64,000 nt of DNA from Octopus sinensis. Lineage: Eukaryota. The DNA is taken from assembly GCF_006345805.1 (NCBI RefSeq), contig NC_043000.1:63550001-63614000 (forward strand). The letters run 5' to 3'. A model generated the notes under the pieces. The model did not search any database, was not told the origin of the DNA, and was given only the letters and a program-made list of their open reading frames with translations. The position numbers and the translations under genes were made by a program. This document shows positions 49,232-63,165 of this stretch, in pieces; position 1 is the first letter of the stretch, and each line of letters begins with the position of its first letter.

Positions 49232-49328
49232 ATCTGTAAATATAATATGTGATAATTATTCGGTAGCCATGATAAAACTCGGAGTTTTATCATGGCTACC
49301 GAATAATTGTCACATATTATATTTATAG

Positions 49329-49330
<2 letters not shown>
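49232..49330. repeat. 99-bp near-perfect palindrome, 1-nt loop
   Basis: 49-bp arms 49232-49280 and 49282-49330 with 2 mismatches. Confidence 0.95.
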
Positions 49331-49384
<54 letters not shown>

Positions 49385-49414
49385 ATAAATGTCTATAGAT
49401 AGGCAGATAGATAA

Positions 49415-49445
<31 letters not shown>

Positions 49446-50271
49446 CATACATACATACATACATACATACATACATACATACATACATACATACATACAG
49501 ATGTAGGTAGATAGAGGGAGAAGCAGCTTGCATACGTGTTTCTATGCGTGCGTGTGTAAAGGCTAAATTACGGTTATTGTTTTAAGGTTAGTTTAAGAAT
49601 AACAATGGAACATATATAGGTGGGGGTAACACAATACTGAGAGCAGAGTCAACTCAAACTTTACAGTGCGTACGCACACATACACGCACGCACACACACA
49701 CACTCACACACACGCACACACACACACTCACACACACGCACGTACACAAACATACACGTACAACTACATAAACACACCTACGCACATGTGTGTAATTGTG
49801 CTATGATTATTAATTGAGAGGAAAGACTTATCTTCAACTATATTTATTAATAACACTAAGCATTTTCAAATACATAATACACAATTTGGCGTATTCAAGT
49901 TATGTATGTTAATTAAGAAATAATGAAATTGCGAAAGATGATAGCGGAAAGATTTCATTTAAATGTAGGACAGAGCCTCCGGTTACAAGAATGATCTTTT
50001 AGAGAGAAAGAGAGAAAGTTGGAGAAGGAAAATTATCTTATTAAATTTTGGTCTAAAGTCGTCATAAGAAGAGGTGGATAGCCGAATAGTGAGATTTTTT
50101 ATACGCTCGCTAAAAAGTTCTAGAATCTTACATGAAACCTTCAGGTACGAAACTTAAACTTTTTCCTTCGTCTGTCAATACCTATCAATAACGCATGTGA
50201 AAGATAATTGGCTGAAGAAAATGTCAGCAGACGTTATAATAGAATTTAGAGATATAGCCTAAATTAACCAA

Positions 50272-51000
50272 GGCGGCGAGCTGGCAGAAACGTTAGCACG
50301 CCGGACGAAATGCGTAGCCGTATTTCGTCTGCCGTTACGTTCTGAGTTCAAATTCCGCCGAGGCCGACTTTGCTTTTCATCCTTTCGGGGTCGATAAATT
50401 AAGTACCAGTTACGCACTGGGGTCGATATAATCGACTTAATCCGTTTGATTGTCCTTGTTTGTCCCCTCTGTGTTTAGCTCATTGTGGGTAGTAAAGAAA
50501 TAGGTATCTTGTCTGTCTTTACGTTCTCAGTTCAAATTCCGCCGAGGTCGACTCTGCTTTTCATCCTTTCGAGGTCGATATATTAAGTAACAGTTGCGTA
50601 CTAGGGTCGATCTAATCGAATATCCCCCCTTCCCAAAAATTTCGGGCCTTGTGCCTAGAGTTAAAAAGAATATTACCGTTTCGTCCGCCTCTACATTTGG
50701 AGTTCAAATTCCACCGAGCTTGACTTTGCTTTTACCCCTTCAAGGTCGATAAAATGAGTACAAGTTGATCACTGGGGTCGACGTAATCGACTTAAACCTT
50801 CCTCAAAACCGCTTGCCTTGTGCCAAAATTTACGAACAAGAAAGGAGCGAGCTGGCAGAAACGTTAGCCAGACAAAACGGTTGAGGTCGATTTTGCCTTT
50901 CCTCCTTTTGAACTAGATAAAATAAGTACCAGTTAGTTGAGCACCGGGGTTGATATAACCACTCCAAAATTGCTGGCCTTGTGCGAAAATTTGGAACCAA
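50272..51000 (+). mobile_element. Cluster of four same-strand SINE-B copies (first one full-length, 50272-50506)
   Basis: Repeated gagctggcagaaacgttagc / gttcaaattccgccgaggtcgac / cctttcggggtcgataaattaagtaccag blocks at ~50272, 50510, 50690 and 50845. Confidence 0.88.
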
Positions 51001-52448
51001 TATTACCAAAGAGAGTATTAATAATCGCGGGCGATAGTGCCTCTGGGCAACATTAATGGATATAATAATATTATTCGCCAGCAGTTTTTACTTCCAAACT
51101 TGAACGTTTCCAGTTCGAATTCTGGGAAGGCTATCTGTTACAGAAATGACCTTACAGTGCGTTTGTTGTAAGACAAATGAATGAAATCAAAGACTTGGAG
51201 CAGGTGTAAATTCATGTTTGCAGTGAATGCAATAACATATAAAAATAAGCTTGTAATATGGATTAAATATGGAAATTTCTGTTAGCAGGAGAGAAAAAAG
51301 ATATTGTTCAGTTCAGTTTGTAAAGTTTGGGATTTTTAGAAAATTATTGTTATTTAGAATAGTTATTAAAATTAGGAAAGTAATACTATACAAAATTGTA
51401 TAACAAAGTAATGTTCAGTAATGAATATTATTTTTCATCTTTACCGACTGTTGTGAATCCAAAAATAAGAGATGCATCTATGAATTATGAAGGCTTGCTT
51501 TTTATAGTCTGTATGTGAGTGCGTAGTTTAAATAAACAATCATATGTAACATATTTGTTCATATCTGGCAAGCCAATGCACTCTTCTACTGCCTTCGATA
51601 GTTACAGGCTTTTGTGAATCTTCGACTGGTTTTGTATGTAAAGTAGCAGGAGGTTGGTAAGCGAATGAAACATCCGAGTCGATGTAAGCATTTTCTTAAT
51701 CAGTCCACACTGACCGTTTCCTGTTTGCTATGCCTACCAATCACAAAATATTTCCGATTAGCACACAAAATACGATAAGACTCGTAATGACGGATGTGCA
51801 AACGTTTCTGCACTGCATCGTTTTGAATGAAAACACGAGACTAAAAACTAATGTCAATAGGAACATATGTTTTAACTGTTTCTTGTCTTGTTAACGTTTT
51901 TGGCAAATCAGACATATATTGTCGCAGCCTATATATATATAATTGGACATACAATAAATTGTGATGGAATCTTCAAATACCATCTGTCCAGGTAGAGTCA
52001 GTCTGCTGCCATATATTAATTCTGCTGGAGTAAAATCAAGCTCGGCTTATGCCGATGACTTTATGCCAAGTAATATTATCGGTAGATATTCCAGCAATCT
52101 GTCTGTGTCACCGTGCAATTTAAATGCTGTTGTGTATTTTTATGACAATGGAAAACTTCTATAATTCCGTTTGAGACTGGATGATAGACTGTCAAACGCG
52201 GGTTTTCGTACCCAATAGATGTAGAATTTCTTACTGGTTAGAGGCTCTGTGAAAAGAGTACACTCAATGTGATGATATCTTGTTCCTACCTTAATAACTA
52301 CTCTATCGGCAGTTATTGAGGTAAGAGTTTGAAAAAAAATGATAATAAGTAAACAAATAATAAATAAAAATGAATGCTTTCGCTACCGTTCTAGCTGAAA
52401 TTGTCCAGAAGAGGAATAGCTTCAGGCCATCGAGGAAAGCAATCAGTG

Positions 52449-52494
<46 letters not shown>

Positions 52495-52964
52495 CATATG
52501 TGTGTGTGTGTAGAGAGAGAGAGAGACAGACTGACAGACAGACAGAGGGAGGGAGAGATGTGAGAAGTAATAATGAGGTAAAACCAAATATGGATATTTT
52601 GAAGACATTTAATCTATACGTTTCAGGTTTGCTTAGCTTCCATTACGTAAGATCTTCTTCAGTTAAAACATTTCAAATTATGAAGCACTTGATGAAAATA
52701 TTTCTGTATGTATGTATATATATATATATATATAAGAGAGAGAGAGAGAGAGAGAGCAGTGAGTCAGCTATTAAGTTAGGGGGATGACTATGTATATAGT
52801 GGTGGGGAAGAAAAAACAATAGCATGTGTGAGAGAGGCGACAGAGAGAGAAAACTAGAGAAAGTTAGATAACAAGGATTTATAAAGTAAGGTAGTACGGA
52901 AGAAAAAGAAAGGAAGATGGGCAGGTGGTTGTTATTGAAAGGTATGTCTATATTACCGGTATTA

Positions 52965-53447
52965 TTTGGCGGCGAGCAAGCAGAGTCATTAGCATGCTGG
53001 AATAGATGCTTAACGGGATTCGCTCCGTTCTGAGTTCAAATTCTGCTAAGGTCAACTTTACCTTTTATCGTTTCGGTGTTTAGGAATTAAGTATCAGTGA
53101 AACATTGGAGTCAATGTAATCGACGAGACCCCTTCCCTAAAGTTTCAGGCCTTGTAGAAAGGATTATTATTGTTATTATCAAGGTGGTGGCTGACAGGGT
53201 TGTTAGAACACTGGACGAAATGTTTAACGGTATTTCGTCTGCCATTACGTTCTGAGTTCAAATTCCGCCGAGATCGACTTTGCCTTTCATCTTTTCGGTG
53301 TCGATAAATTAAGTACCAATTGCTTACTGAGGTCAATCTAATCAACTGGCCGCCTCCCTCAAAATTTCAGGCTTTGTGTCTATAGAGGAAAGGATTATTA
53401 TTATTATTATTGCTATTTTCTGAGTTCAAATTTCGCCAAGGTCGACA
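52965..53447 (+). mobile_element. Cluster of three same-strand SINE-B copies separated by (att)n
   Basis: Heads at ~52965 and ~53185, fragment at ~53415. Confidence 0.8.
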
Positions 53448-54106
53448 ACAGCAACAACAACCAGTGCCCTCTTCATCAATAATAAATTTCATCTTTTACT
53501 GGTGTTGGCCATGCTAGGGCACCGTGATTAGTGTGATTGCTAATAATTATTGAAGAAAAAAGAACAAAAAAATTAGAAACTAAACACAAAAAGATTTGTG
53601 GCCAAGCTGGGGCACCGCCATTAGTGTGATTACTAATAAAATGGAAAAAAATACACATACGTATAAAGAAATGCCACAAAACAATGAATTGTAAAAATAT
53701 AAGCCACCCCCTCCTCATCCTTAGTGTCCCCTTAAGAGAAAAGGAAAAAGAAAAAAATTAAGGAAAATACAATAAAAGAATTCTTCCCATTTATTTCTCA
53801 TCTCTGAAGGCAGAGTAATTTAAAATCATAGCAAAAAGAGAGAAAAAATATTATTTTTATTCTTTATAAAAATATATTTTTTATTTAACAACATCATGTA
53901 AGTCTTGGAACTCACTTCTCATGCTTTTTTTCTCTTTCACTGCCTCTCTCTCATCCGTTTCGTAGAATATATATAATCAACTGAACTTTAATGCAGTTTA
54001 AATACAACTATAAATTCAGTTTCCTGAGCGTCCAATAATACTATATTTGTTCCACGTCCTCGCGTTGTTATGTTTTTTATTGGGGGGTGTTTTCTTGTTT
54101 GGATTA

Positions 54107-54148
<42 letters not shown>

Positions 54149-54181
54149 TGTATGTATTATATATGCATATATATATGTATG

Positions 54182-54232
<51 letters not shown>

Positions 54233-54761
54233 GAACTGTGTTAAGTATACAATGCAGTCGACCTAGTTTCAGAATGAAAACTATCCGAATTAGTTTTTAA
54301 ACATGATGCAACCACATTCATCTCCATATATAATAATTAATTAGGTTCTGTGTTAGTTCACTGCCAAAGTGTGAAGTGGGAGGCTGTCAAACGACAAAAA
54401 GAGATTGATCGAAAGGATAAGATATATATCACACTGCTCTGACACTTCAGTTTCATTTTAGTTTTATATCAGAATGGTTGGAACAGTAAGAAAAGAATTC
54501 ATATATGTATGTATATACGTGCATACATATATATAAATATATAGATATATATATACATGCACATGCATATACACACACACGCACACATACACACATATAT
54601 GTAAGTGTATAATAATGTACAAGACAGTATAGTACGTGTTATAGAAGCAACTATTTTAAAAAATATTATATACAAATTTCCATATATATGTGCACATATA
54701 TATAAGTGTGTGTATACAAATATATATATACATATACAAGCATACATATGTACATATATAT

Positions 54762-54807
<46 letters not shown>

Positions 54808-54928
54808 ATAATTTATTCTCAAACGCATGGTAATGCTAATACAATAGCACGAACAGGATAAACTATCCATATAATGCAGAAAAATTCGTTATCGGCCTGC
54901 CATGAGACTCGTATTATATGTATGTATG

Positions 54929-54960
<32 letters not shown>

Positions 54961-55034
54961 TGTATGTTATGTATGTATATATGTATGTATGTATGTATGT
55001 ATTTATGTATGCATTATGTATGTATGTATGTATG

Positions 55035-55372
55035 TATGTATGTATGTATGTATGAAGAACCACCCCTTCGGTCATGAATAACCATGGGACTGTACCTAGA
55101 AAGTTCCCCTCCGAGCCCCAAGTCCGGGCAAGATTGTTTATGGAAGACCAGTACATGCACATACATACCAGCCTCCCCTCGCTATCCTACCGATGTTATA
55201 ATAGGGAAAGGCAAACGCCGATACAGCTTGGCACCAGTGACATTACAATTCATTTCAACAGCTGAGTGAACTGGAGCAACGTGAAATAAAGTATCTTGCT
55301 CAAGAACACAGCACACAGCACGGTACGGGAATCGAACTCACTGTTTCTTGATTCTGAGCCAATTGAAGTCCA
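55035..55372 (-). mobile_element. SINE-D subfamily with a different 3' tail
   Basis: Shares cagctgagtgaactggagcaacgtgaaataaagt.tcttgctcaagaacaca and gggaatcgaactcac with 13625-13934; distinct tail block ggaagaccag...gaagaaccacccc. Confidence 0.75.
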
Positions 55373-55787
55373 GTATGACCCTCGCTGACAGATTATCTTA
55401 TTCCCATATATTAGGACAATGGCTGTGAGCAATGTCTGTGCTGAAATCTAAAGGTAGTAAATGCCTGCACAGCACAGCTAAGACTCTACTTTGCAAAGCC
55501 AAGTTGTCCAGAAACAAGTAAGAGCAAGGCATCCGGCTTCTCAACGAGAAGGGTATTATTTCGGAATGCTCTTCTCTTAGACATTAGCTTCACCGGGAGC
55601 TTGTGGAATGACATTCGACTGGCTCATCACGCGCCGGGGCATAATAACTGCTGTACGCACACATGCACATATACACACAAACACACATATATACATATGC
55701 AAACACACACACATACATACATACATATGTATATATTATATACATACATATATTATATACATACATATGTATATATTATATATATGT

Positions 55788-56087
55788 GGAGGCGCAATGG
55801 CCCAGTGGTTAGGGCAGCGGACTCGCGGTCGTAGGATCGCGGTTTCGATTCCCAGACCGGGCGTTGTGAGTGTTTATTGAGCGAAAACGCCTAAAAGCTC
55901 CACCAGGCTTCGGCAGGGGGGTGGGGTGATCCCTGCTGTACTCTTTCATCACTCTTTCTCCCACTCTTTCTTCTGTTGGCCTGCTCGCTTAGCCAGTGGG
56001 GTGGCGTCATTCGAAGGCGAAAACAATGCGAACGCATTGTGACCAGCGATGTGTAACTACATCTGATGGACTGGTCGGTCACGTGAT
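55788..56087 (+). mobile_element. tRNA-derived SINE-C, full-length
   Basis: A box TGGCCCAGTGG, B box GTTTCGATTCC; matches rc(33446-33756). Confidence 0.9.
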
Positions 56088-57161
56088 ATTATATATATAC
56101 ATATATTGTATAAATACATATGTATATATTATATACATACATATATATATAAAGTATCGACTAGATATTTCTTAATAGTTGCGATGTAAGAAAGGAAAAT
56201 ATCCGGAGGAGGTAAAAAAAATGCCCTTAGTGTTGATATGACGGCTTGGTAGGCAGATGAATAACGTCACAGGAAAAACAAAAATTTTGGAGTTGGGAGA
56301 AAATCATTTACACCTGTTTGTCTAATTGATGCAGTTCTCTCCGTGTTGCCTGCATTAAAATTTCGCGTCAACCTATTCCATCTTCGGAAGAATAATGGGT
56401 AAAATCCCAGTGGATAAATGAATATATTTGAGGAGAGGCAGATTTAGAGGGACGAACAGAGATGAAGGGATGCAGATTTATTGGAAGTCTAAAAGCAGAG
56501 GAAGATATGTAGATAAAATGCGCAATATGTTTAAATAGGTAGTTGCGCTTAACCCTATGTCGCTACTCCGAGTATTACCATTACTATATGAATGCACGAG
56601 AAATTACAATATTTATTTATCTATTTATTCATGAATATATGTATGTTTGGGCGGCTGGCTGGATACATGGACGGTTTTCAGCGAAGAGAATTTATTGTCT
56701 GAGAAACACTCAAATTTGATAAATACTGCAGTAGATAGCTTCCAATTTTATATAACTCGATCAAACTTAAATTCCTTAGACAACTAGATGGTAGAATTCT
56801 ACCCCCATCCCTACACGCACACATTTTTTTTTTATTCATGTCACAGTGTAAATTTCACCAATGGACAATAATTTATTCTTTGGCATTTTGGGACATTAGC
56901 ATAACAGCTGGAGATTATAAACAGCATTGACATCATTTACGCAGGAAATATTATTGGTGATTTATTGTCTGCCATGTAATGCTAAATCTCGCTGTCACCT
57001 GCCATTCAGTTCTTTGCAGATATTCAAGATATATCAAGTCTTTTATTCACATTTGCACATTCTCACGTGTTGTAGCTTCGATACACCAAAAATCACAAAT
57101 ATATCAACTGCTATATATATATAAATATATCAACTGCTATATATATATATATATATTGTGA

Positions 57162-57210
<49 letters not shown>

Positions 57211-57510
57211 ATTATGCACAAAACGCATAAATCGTCATATATGCACGCATATACATGTGTGTATGTGTGTGTGTGTGTATGTATATATATGTGTGTGGTG
57301 CGATTAGTTTTTAATGGGATTAAATTTGTCTAATTGATAAAAGACTATTTTGCATCGCTTCAGTAAATTAGTGAGTCAAATCTAGCAATTTTTCCAATCC
57401 AGACAAATAATCGCTTTACGTCGACATCAAACCTAATCAACGCACTTATCTGATTAAATATATATACATATATAAGTTTGAGTGTGTATGCTTATACATA
57501 AATATACAGG

Positions 57511-57571
<61 letters not shown>

Positions 57572-57582
57572 TATATATATAC

Positions 57583-57636
<54 letters not shown>

Positions 57637-57742
57637 GTACATATATATATATATATATACATAATCAAGGGTAATTTTTTACCGTTATGGGGTTCTTTAC
57701 GCATGCTAAGCCACTGATATTATTATAAACAATAACAATATC

Positions 57743-57779
<37 letters not shown>

Positions 57780-58059
57780 TTTAATTTGTACGTTGTGTAT
57801 CTATATATGAATGTATGTGTGCGTGTGTGTGTGTGTTTGTCTGTGTTTGTGTGTATGTCTGTATGTGTGTGTATGCGCGCGTGTGTGAGTGACATATCTT
57901 TCCCTTCACTCTCAACACATCTCTCTCGCTCCCTGTCAGTCACTCTCAGTCTTTCTCTTTCTCTCCTTCTTCTTCTTCGATCGACACATTCAAATTAATT
58001 ACTGCCAAAACCTGACGTACGCTATTATCACCTCGATAGATCTCATTATTAACTATTAT

Positions 58060-58790
58060 CAACATACACGCTGAAAAAGTATGAGAGACCGTGATTAGCC
58101 TGATAATATCTCACAGGAAAATTACTGAATTGTTTCGCCATTGTTTTGGCAGCATATTTTAAATACATCAACGTTATTGGACGTACAACAGGCAAGTTGA
58201 CGGTGCTGTGTTGTTTATTTCTAGCCCATCTCCGATCGAGTAAACCTATGAACAAAAGGAATCCAACTGTAACCATGCCATCTTTTAAGTGATAACTGGG
58301 TATCTATTACTCAATGGATTTTTCCTTGTTTAAGACGCTGGGGTATAGTTTCAAGGTCATCCCTGCTTTCCACAGTTCGAGTGACCATATAAATATTTCT
58401 TTGTTGATTTGGGGAAGGTGAAGTTTGTTGAAATAGTGACTAGAAAATAATTGAGAAATACCGTAAATTCTCGTTAAAAAGTACTCCATCATCCTGGGTA
58501 TCGGATAAACCGTTCGAAATCTTCATTAAGACAGTGACTGTCAGTATTGACTCCCGCCACCATCTTTGAGTATTAATGTTGAGCAAGGAAACATTCCGAG
58601 CGTGCTAAGTGAGCGATGTACATCAAACAAAGACGGTAAATTCATCATTAATTTCACCCAATTCTGTGATTATGGTTCATAATGGGAAAGTGAATTTTCT
58701 GACTGTTGTTATGGAATATTTTGGCAATTGTTCTGAGATACTACTGCATATCTCACAGTTAGTTGTATTCTCTATGTTGAACAGATGACG
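58060..58790 (-). pseudogene. Very degenerate LINE RT N-terminal remnant
   Basis: IPSYHLKDGMVTV and VRPITLMYLKYAAKTMAKQ resemble the P..W..G.I and YRPI.L...YKI.AK motifs. Confidence 0.4.
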
Positions 58791-59139
58791 GGGCAATGGG
58801 GGAGCGACAAAAATATGGGCCGAAAGCGAGCAACATTTCATTCTTGTTTATTAATTTAATCGCTTTTTCACTCTTTTATAAGAAATACATAATTTCTTTT
58901 ACTTTTTTTTTTTCTTCTTTTTTCTTAGCGTTGAATGTAGACTGGTATGCACCTTTTGGAGGTAGTGGTAGAGCTAAAATCAGTACATCCACGAGCTTTA
59001 AAAGACATAAAGCACCATAAGCAGGTCATTATTACCAATCTAAGAAGTCGTAATTCAATGTATATATTTTTAGTGACTGGTTTTTCTTGTATTTTATTTC
59101 TGTAAAGTGTAAATATTAGGAAGTTGTCCTCAAATTTCT

Positions 59140-60050
59140 ACTGGTGAGGTGAAGGCGCTACTAATACTGGACAATGCACTACCTTACCTAGGCATTCACC
59201 AATTTGTTGAGAACGATAGTAAAATAAGATGCATGTTCTTGCTAACCAATATTACGTACCCAATTCGATCAATGGATCTCGGTCCGTTGGGTGGATTGTG
59301 TAACTTTAGTAAAATTGTAGAGATAATACCCACGAAGATATCTGGATAAATTTCTTTTGGTGGTAGCAGCTGAATATCTACGGATGATATATGAACACAA
59401 AGGATTCACTGTAAGATCAAGAATTACAACCTTAGCAATATTCTACTGAGAAGCTTCATAGAAGGCGCTGTACGACATCGAAGTAGAATACTGTTTTGAA
59501 ACAAGGGATTTTCAGCATATACTACTGAGGGTAAGGTGAGATAGACGTTACTAAAGACGACGTCTGAACATCGTTTGAAGACATAGAGGATGACGCTGGA
59601 TACCAAGTATTAACATAAGAAATAGCGGATGAAGTTTTCATTGGTGACAGCTGACATAGTGAGGAGGATGAAGACAACTGACCATTGCTTTAAAAGACCC
59701 AACTCTCTATTATACAAGAATTGCTTGATAATGTAATTTCGTACATTAATATATGAACAGAAACTGATATTCAACAATATTATTAACATCGTAGAGCCTT
59801 TCATTATCCGAAAGCAACATCAGCAAGGTCAACCACTAAAACTTGTCTCGTTCTTCAAGCCAATTTTTCCCGAACCTGCAACAGCTGTAGGATCTCTTGA
59901 TTAAGATTCATCAACTGTCCACATAGAACATCTTCAGTAACATCAGATTTCTATGAGTGGGAGGCCAAGAGCAGTGGAGCACCACAGCTCTACTTCACCT
60001 CCACCACATGCAGCTCATATATCACCTATCAGGTCAATGAAATTAAAATA
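59140..60050 (+). mobile_element. pogo/Tigger-family DDE transposase remnant
   Basis: KALLILDNALPYLG...KIRCMFLLTNITYPIRSMDLG (cf. LLLLDNAP.HP...FLPPNTTS.IQPMDQG); later EDDAGYQVLT*EIADEV and LKLVSFFKP. Confidence 0.75.
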
Positions 60051-62732
60051 TTTTGTATATTAACTTTTAAAAAGTGACACTACAGCATTAAGTGATTATA
60101 TAAAATATATTTACTCTTTTACTCGTTTCAGCCATGCGGCTGTGGTCATGCTGGAGCACCACCATATATTTTTATAAAGCGAGTATGTTTACACAGTTTT
60201 CTATAATTTTGTTGCTAAATTTTGTTGTAAATTCAGCGTGATAAATTATCAAGTTGAGCCTATATTGTATATATTTGCAACATCATATATGTATAGTATA
60301 TGATATTGGCAATATCTATATTGTATATCAGTTAACTCGAAAAAATCCGCTAAAACGGACTTCCTTCTGTTTTTTTATATAGAGTGCACAAATAGTATCA
60401 GTTTAGGATTTCATCTATTCTATTTAATGTTTTCATGCATCCATGTATGTATGTATGTATGTATGTATGTATGTATGTATGTATGTATGTATGTACGTAT
60501 GTATGTATATATGTATGTATGTATCTATGTATGTATATTTTTGATTCGTTGAAATTTTCCTATAAAGCTGGTTTCTGACAAAGGAACAAAATTCTGTCGT
60601 TAGAATTTAAATAACAACCGGAAAACTTTACAAACCGAATTCAAGAAAATCTTGAAGTTCCACTGTTCCTTCTACTGGCTGAATTTGTGGAACACGCATT
60701 AGATTAGTTTGTTTTTCTTTATCAATAAACGCGAACTTTTTATTAGATTTAAACCATAACTGTGCACGTCAATGATTACAGGTACAAAAGTAAATTAATA
60801 ATCTAAGAGGTAAAGTTGTAGAATTCGAAGTAGCTGACAATAGTATTTCACTTTTGCATTGATTTTGAATAAAATGCTCACATCCACTATGTAGCTGTTC
60901 TCTACAATAGTTTTTCCTTTCTCCCAAACAACTATGTCAGACTTAATATGCTTACATTTGGCAGAGGTTTTGATAGGAATGTTACACTAATATTTTATAT
61001 GTTGAATCAAGTGAATTACTCAACATCAGAACCATTTCTTACGTTTCAAGTAAATTCATTTCACAGAGGACAATGTATATTGTTTTAGCAATAATGTCAT
61101 GTTGCAGCGGAGGAAGCTAATATGAGGGGAGCTACTGTTCAGATGCATTTTTATTCCACAAGATATGGGACGTAGTCAACATTTCAGTCGCATTTTCTAG
61201 ATTTAAGACCTTCGTATTCTGTTTCGTTCAACAGGCAGCTATCTCTTGAAATAGCTACAAGACAGCAATTTCAAATGTAAAAGCAAAACTTTCAAAACGT
61301 AACTTGATATAAACATCTCGAGTTAAAAAGAAATTTTAATTGCCTGTCTGTATTCACAGGTTTTTGAGAAATGAAACCATTCACAAACCTTTAGTTATGT
61401 TAGAATATGTTAAAATGTTTCTCCATATATTTCGTAAAATAGATTCAGCTGGTTGCTCTTAAGTTGCATGGGATATTTCTAGAAACTGAGACCTTCTTCA
61501 GGAGCAGAATTGCTTTTGATAGATCTACTCATTTGGGCTGACCCAAGTTTAAACAAACACAACATATCTGGATAACCGACGAGTGTTTGTTTTATTAGCT
61601 GAGTTCTAATAGTTTACTAGATATAAAAACTTGGGATAGAACTGTGTTCCTATCAGAACCTTTAGATGTTTTCCAAGAGTTTAACACCGAAAGTTAGGAT
61701 AAAATGCAGCGCATCTTGCTTTCTGTGATGTACGTTTGTGAATCTTGTGACTTGCTCGAGAATCTGTAGCAGAAGATATAGCTCCTATTAAACATAATCA
61801 GTAATCTTGTGATACTTCATTAATTATCGAAGACGTCATCACTTTCAGCAATGTGCTTATTGAAGCACGAGAAATTTCTGTCAATTGAAAGTATGCTGAC
61901 AGTTAACAAACAGAAAGTTGTGACGATCGACATCATTTTTATCTTCTTGAATCAACACGTGATATCGTTCAACTTGCACTCAATGATTTTTTATCGTTAT
62001 AAATTAATAAAGTTCATTTTTTCCTATGTTAAAGAACTTCAATAAAATCAAAATCGATCGCTAAAATTTAAATTGCACTTTCATACTTTTTCATTACTTT
62101 TTAGAAATAAGATCAAACCCCAACTTACCAGTCAACGATAAAAATTGTCAAAACAAACACTTGACAGATTCCCCCCAAAATTTACTATTCAACGATTTTA
62201 TATTGAAAGAATAATGCAAAATTTAGGTAATTTATCTCATTACTCAGTCCGCTATATTTCATTATTGTGACTTACAAAATCAACCTCAGAATATTTGGTA
62301 TTAGGGTCAGAACAAAAGACAATATAATTCATAACAAAAAAAGGACAGAAGATGAAATCAAAGCTGTAAAATTTGGAGAAATTTGAATTTCATCTGAAAG
62401 CACTGTTTATTGACAATGATTAAGAACTGGTGTTTTAGCACGTAACGTTATTTTTAAACATTAATAATAAAAAAAAATTTGAAGTTACTACTTTTAGAAA
62501 ATTGAAAGAAATCGAAGTTCAATCATGCATTTTTATTTGATTTTCATAAAAATCAAAATTTCAGGAATTGATTTTAAGCCAAATTTTAAACTTTTTGAAA
62601 AATTAATTATTAAGTATTAAAAACAATTAATCGTCATGATTCAGTTTAAGCAGAATATTCTAGGGTGATGAGTTAACACAATCATTAGAGCATCAAACAA
62701 AACGCCTTCGTCGTTATTTAGTTACGGCATGT

Positions 62733-62804
<72 letters not shown>

Positions 62805-62805
<1 letters not shown>

Positions 62806-63165
62806 CGAGTTCAAGTCCTGCCGAGGTCAGTTTGACTTTCATTTATCCAAGCTCGATAAAATGAAAAGACCTGTCCAGTCAAATACTGGTGTTGATGTAA
62901 CTGTTTATAATTTCTCCTCAAAATTTTAGGTATAATGCCAAAGAAAGAAATCGATATTGGGTAATATTCCTGGGCGATGGATTGATAATAACGTTAGACA
63001 AACGAATAAAATGCGTCATGGTACTTCGTAACAACACTCTGCGTTCCGAGTTCAAACTTTACTGAGGTCAACTTTACTTTTCATTCCTTCGGGCTGGAAA
63101 AATAGAATGCTAGTCAAGAAATGAGTCAAATTTAATCGACTAACACCCACCATTACTGAATTTGT
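62805..63165 (+). mobile_element. Two diverged SINE-B copies
   Basis: ttccgagttcaagtcctgccgaggtcag... and gttccgagttcaaactttactgaggtcaac... Confidence 0.7.

Noticed and set aside
55788-55865. tRNA-like cloverleaf heads of SINEs
   Set aside because: They continue directly into SINE bodies and are multi-copy; they are not tRNA genes.
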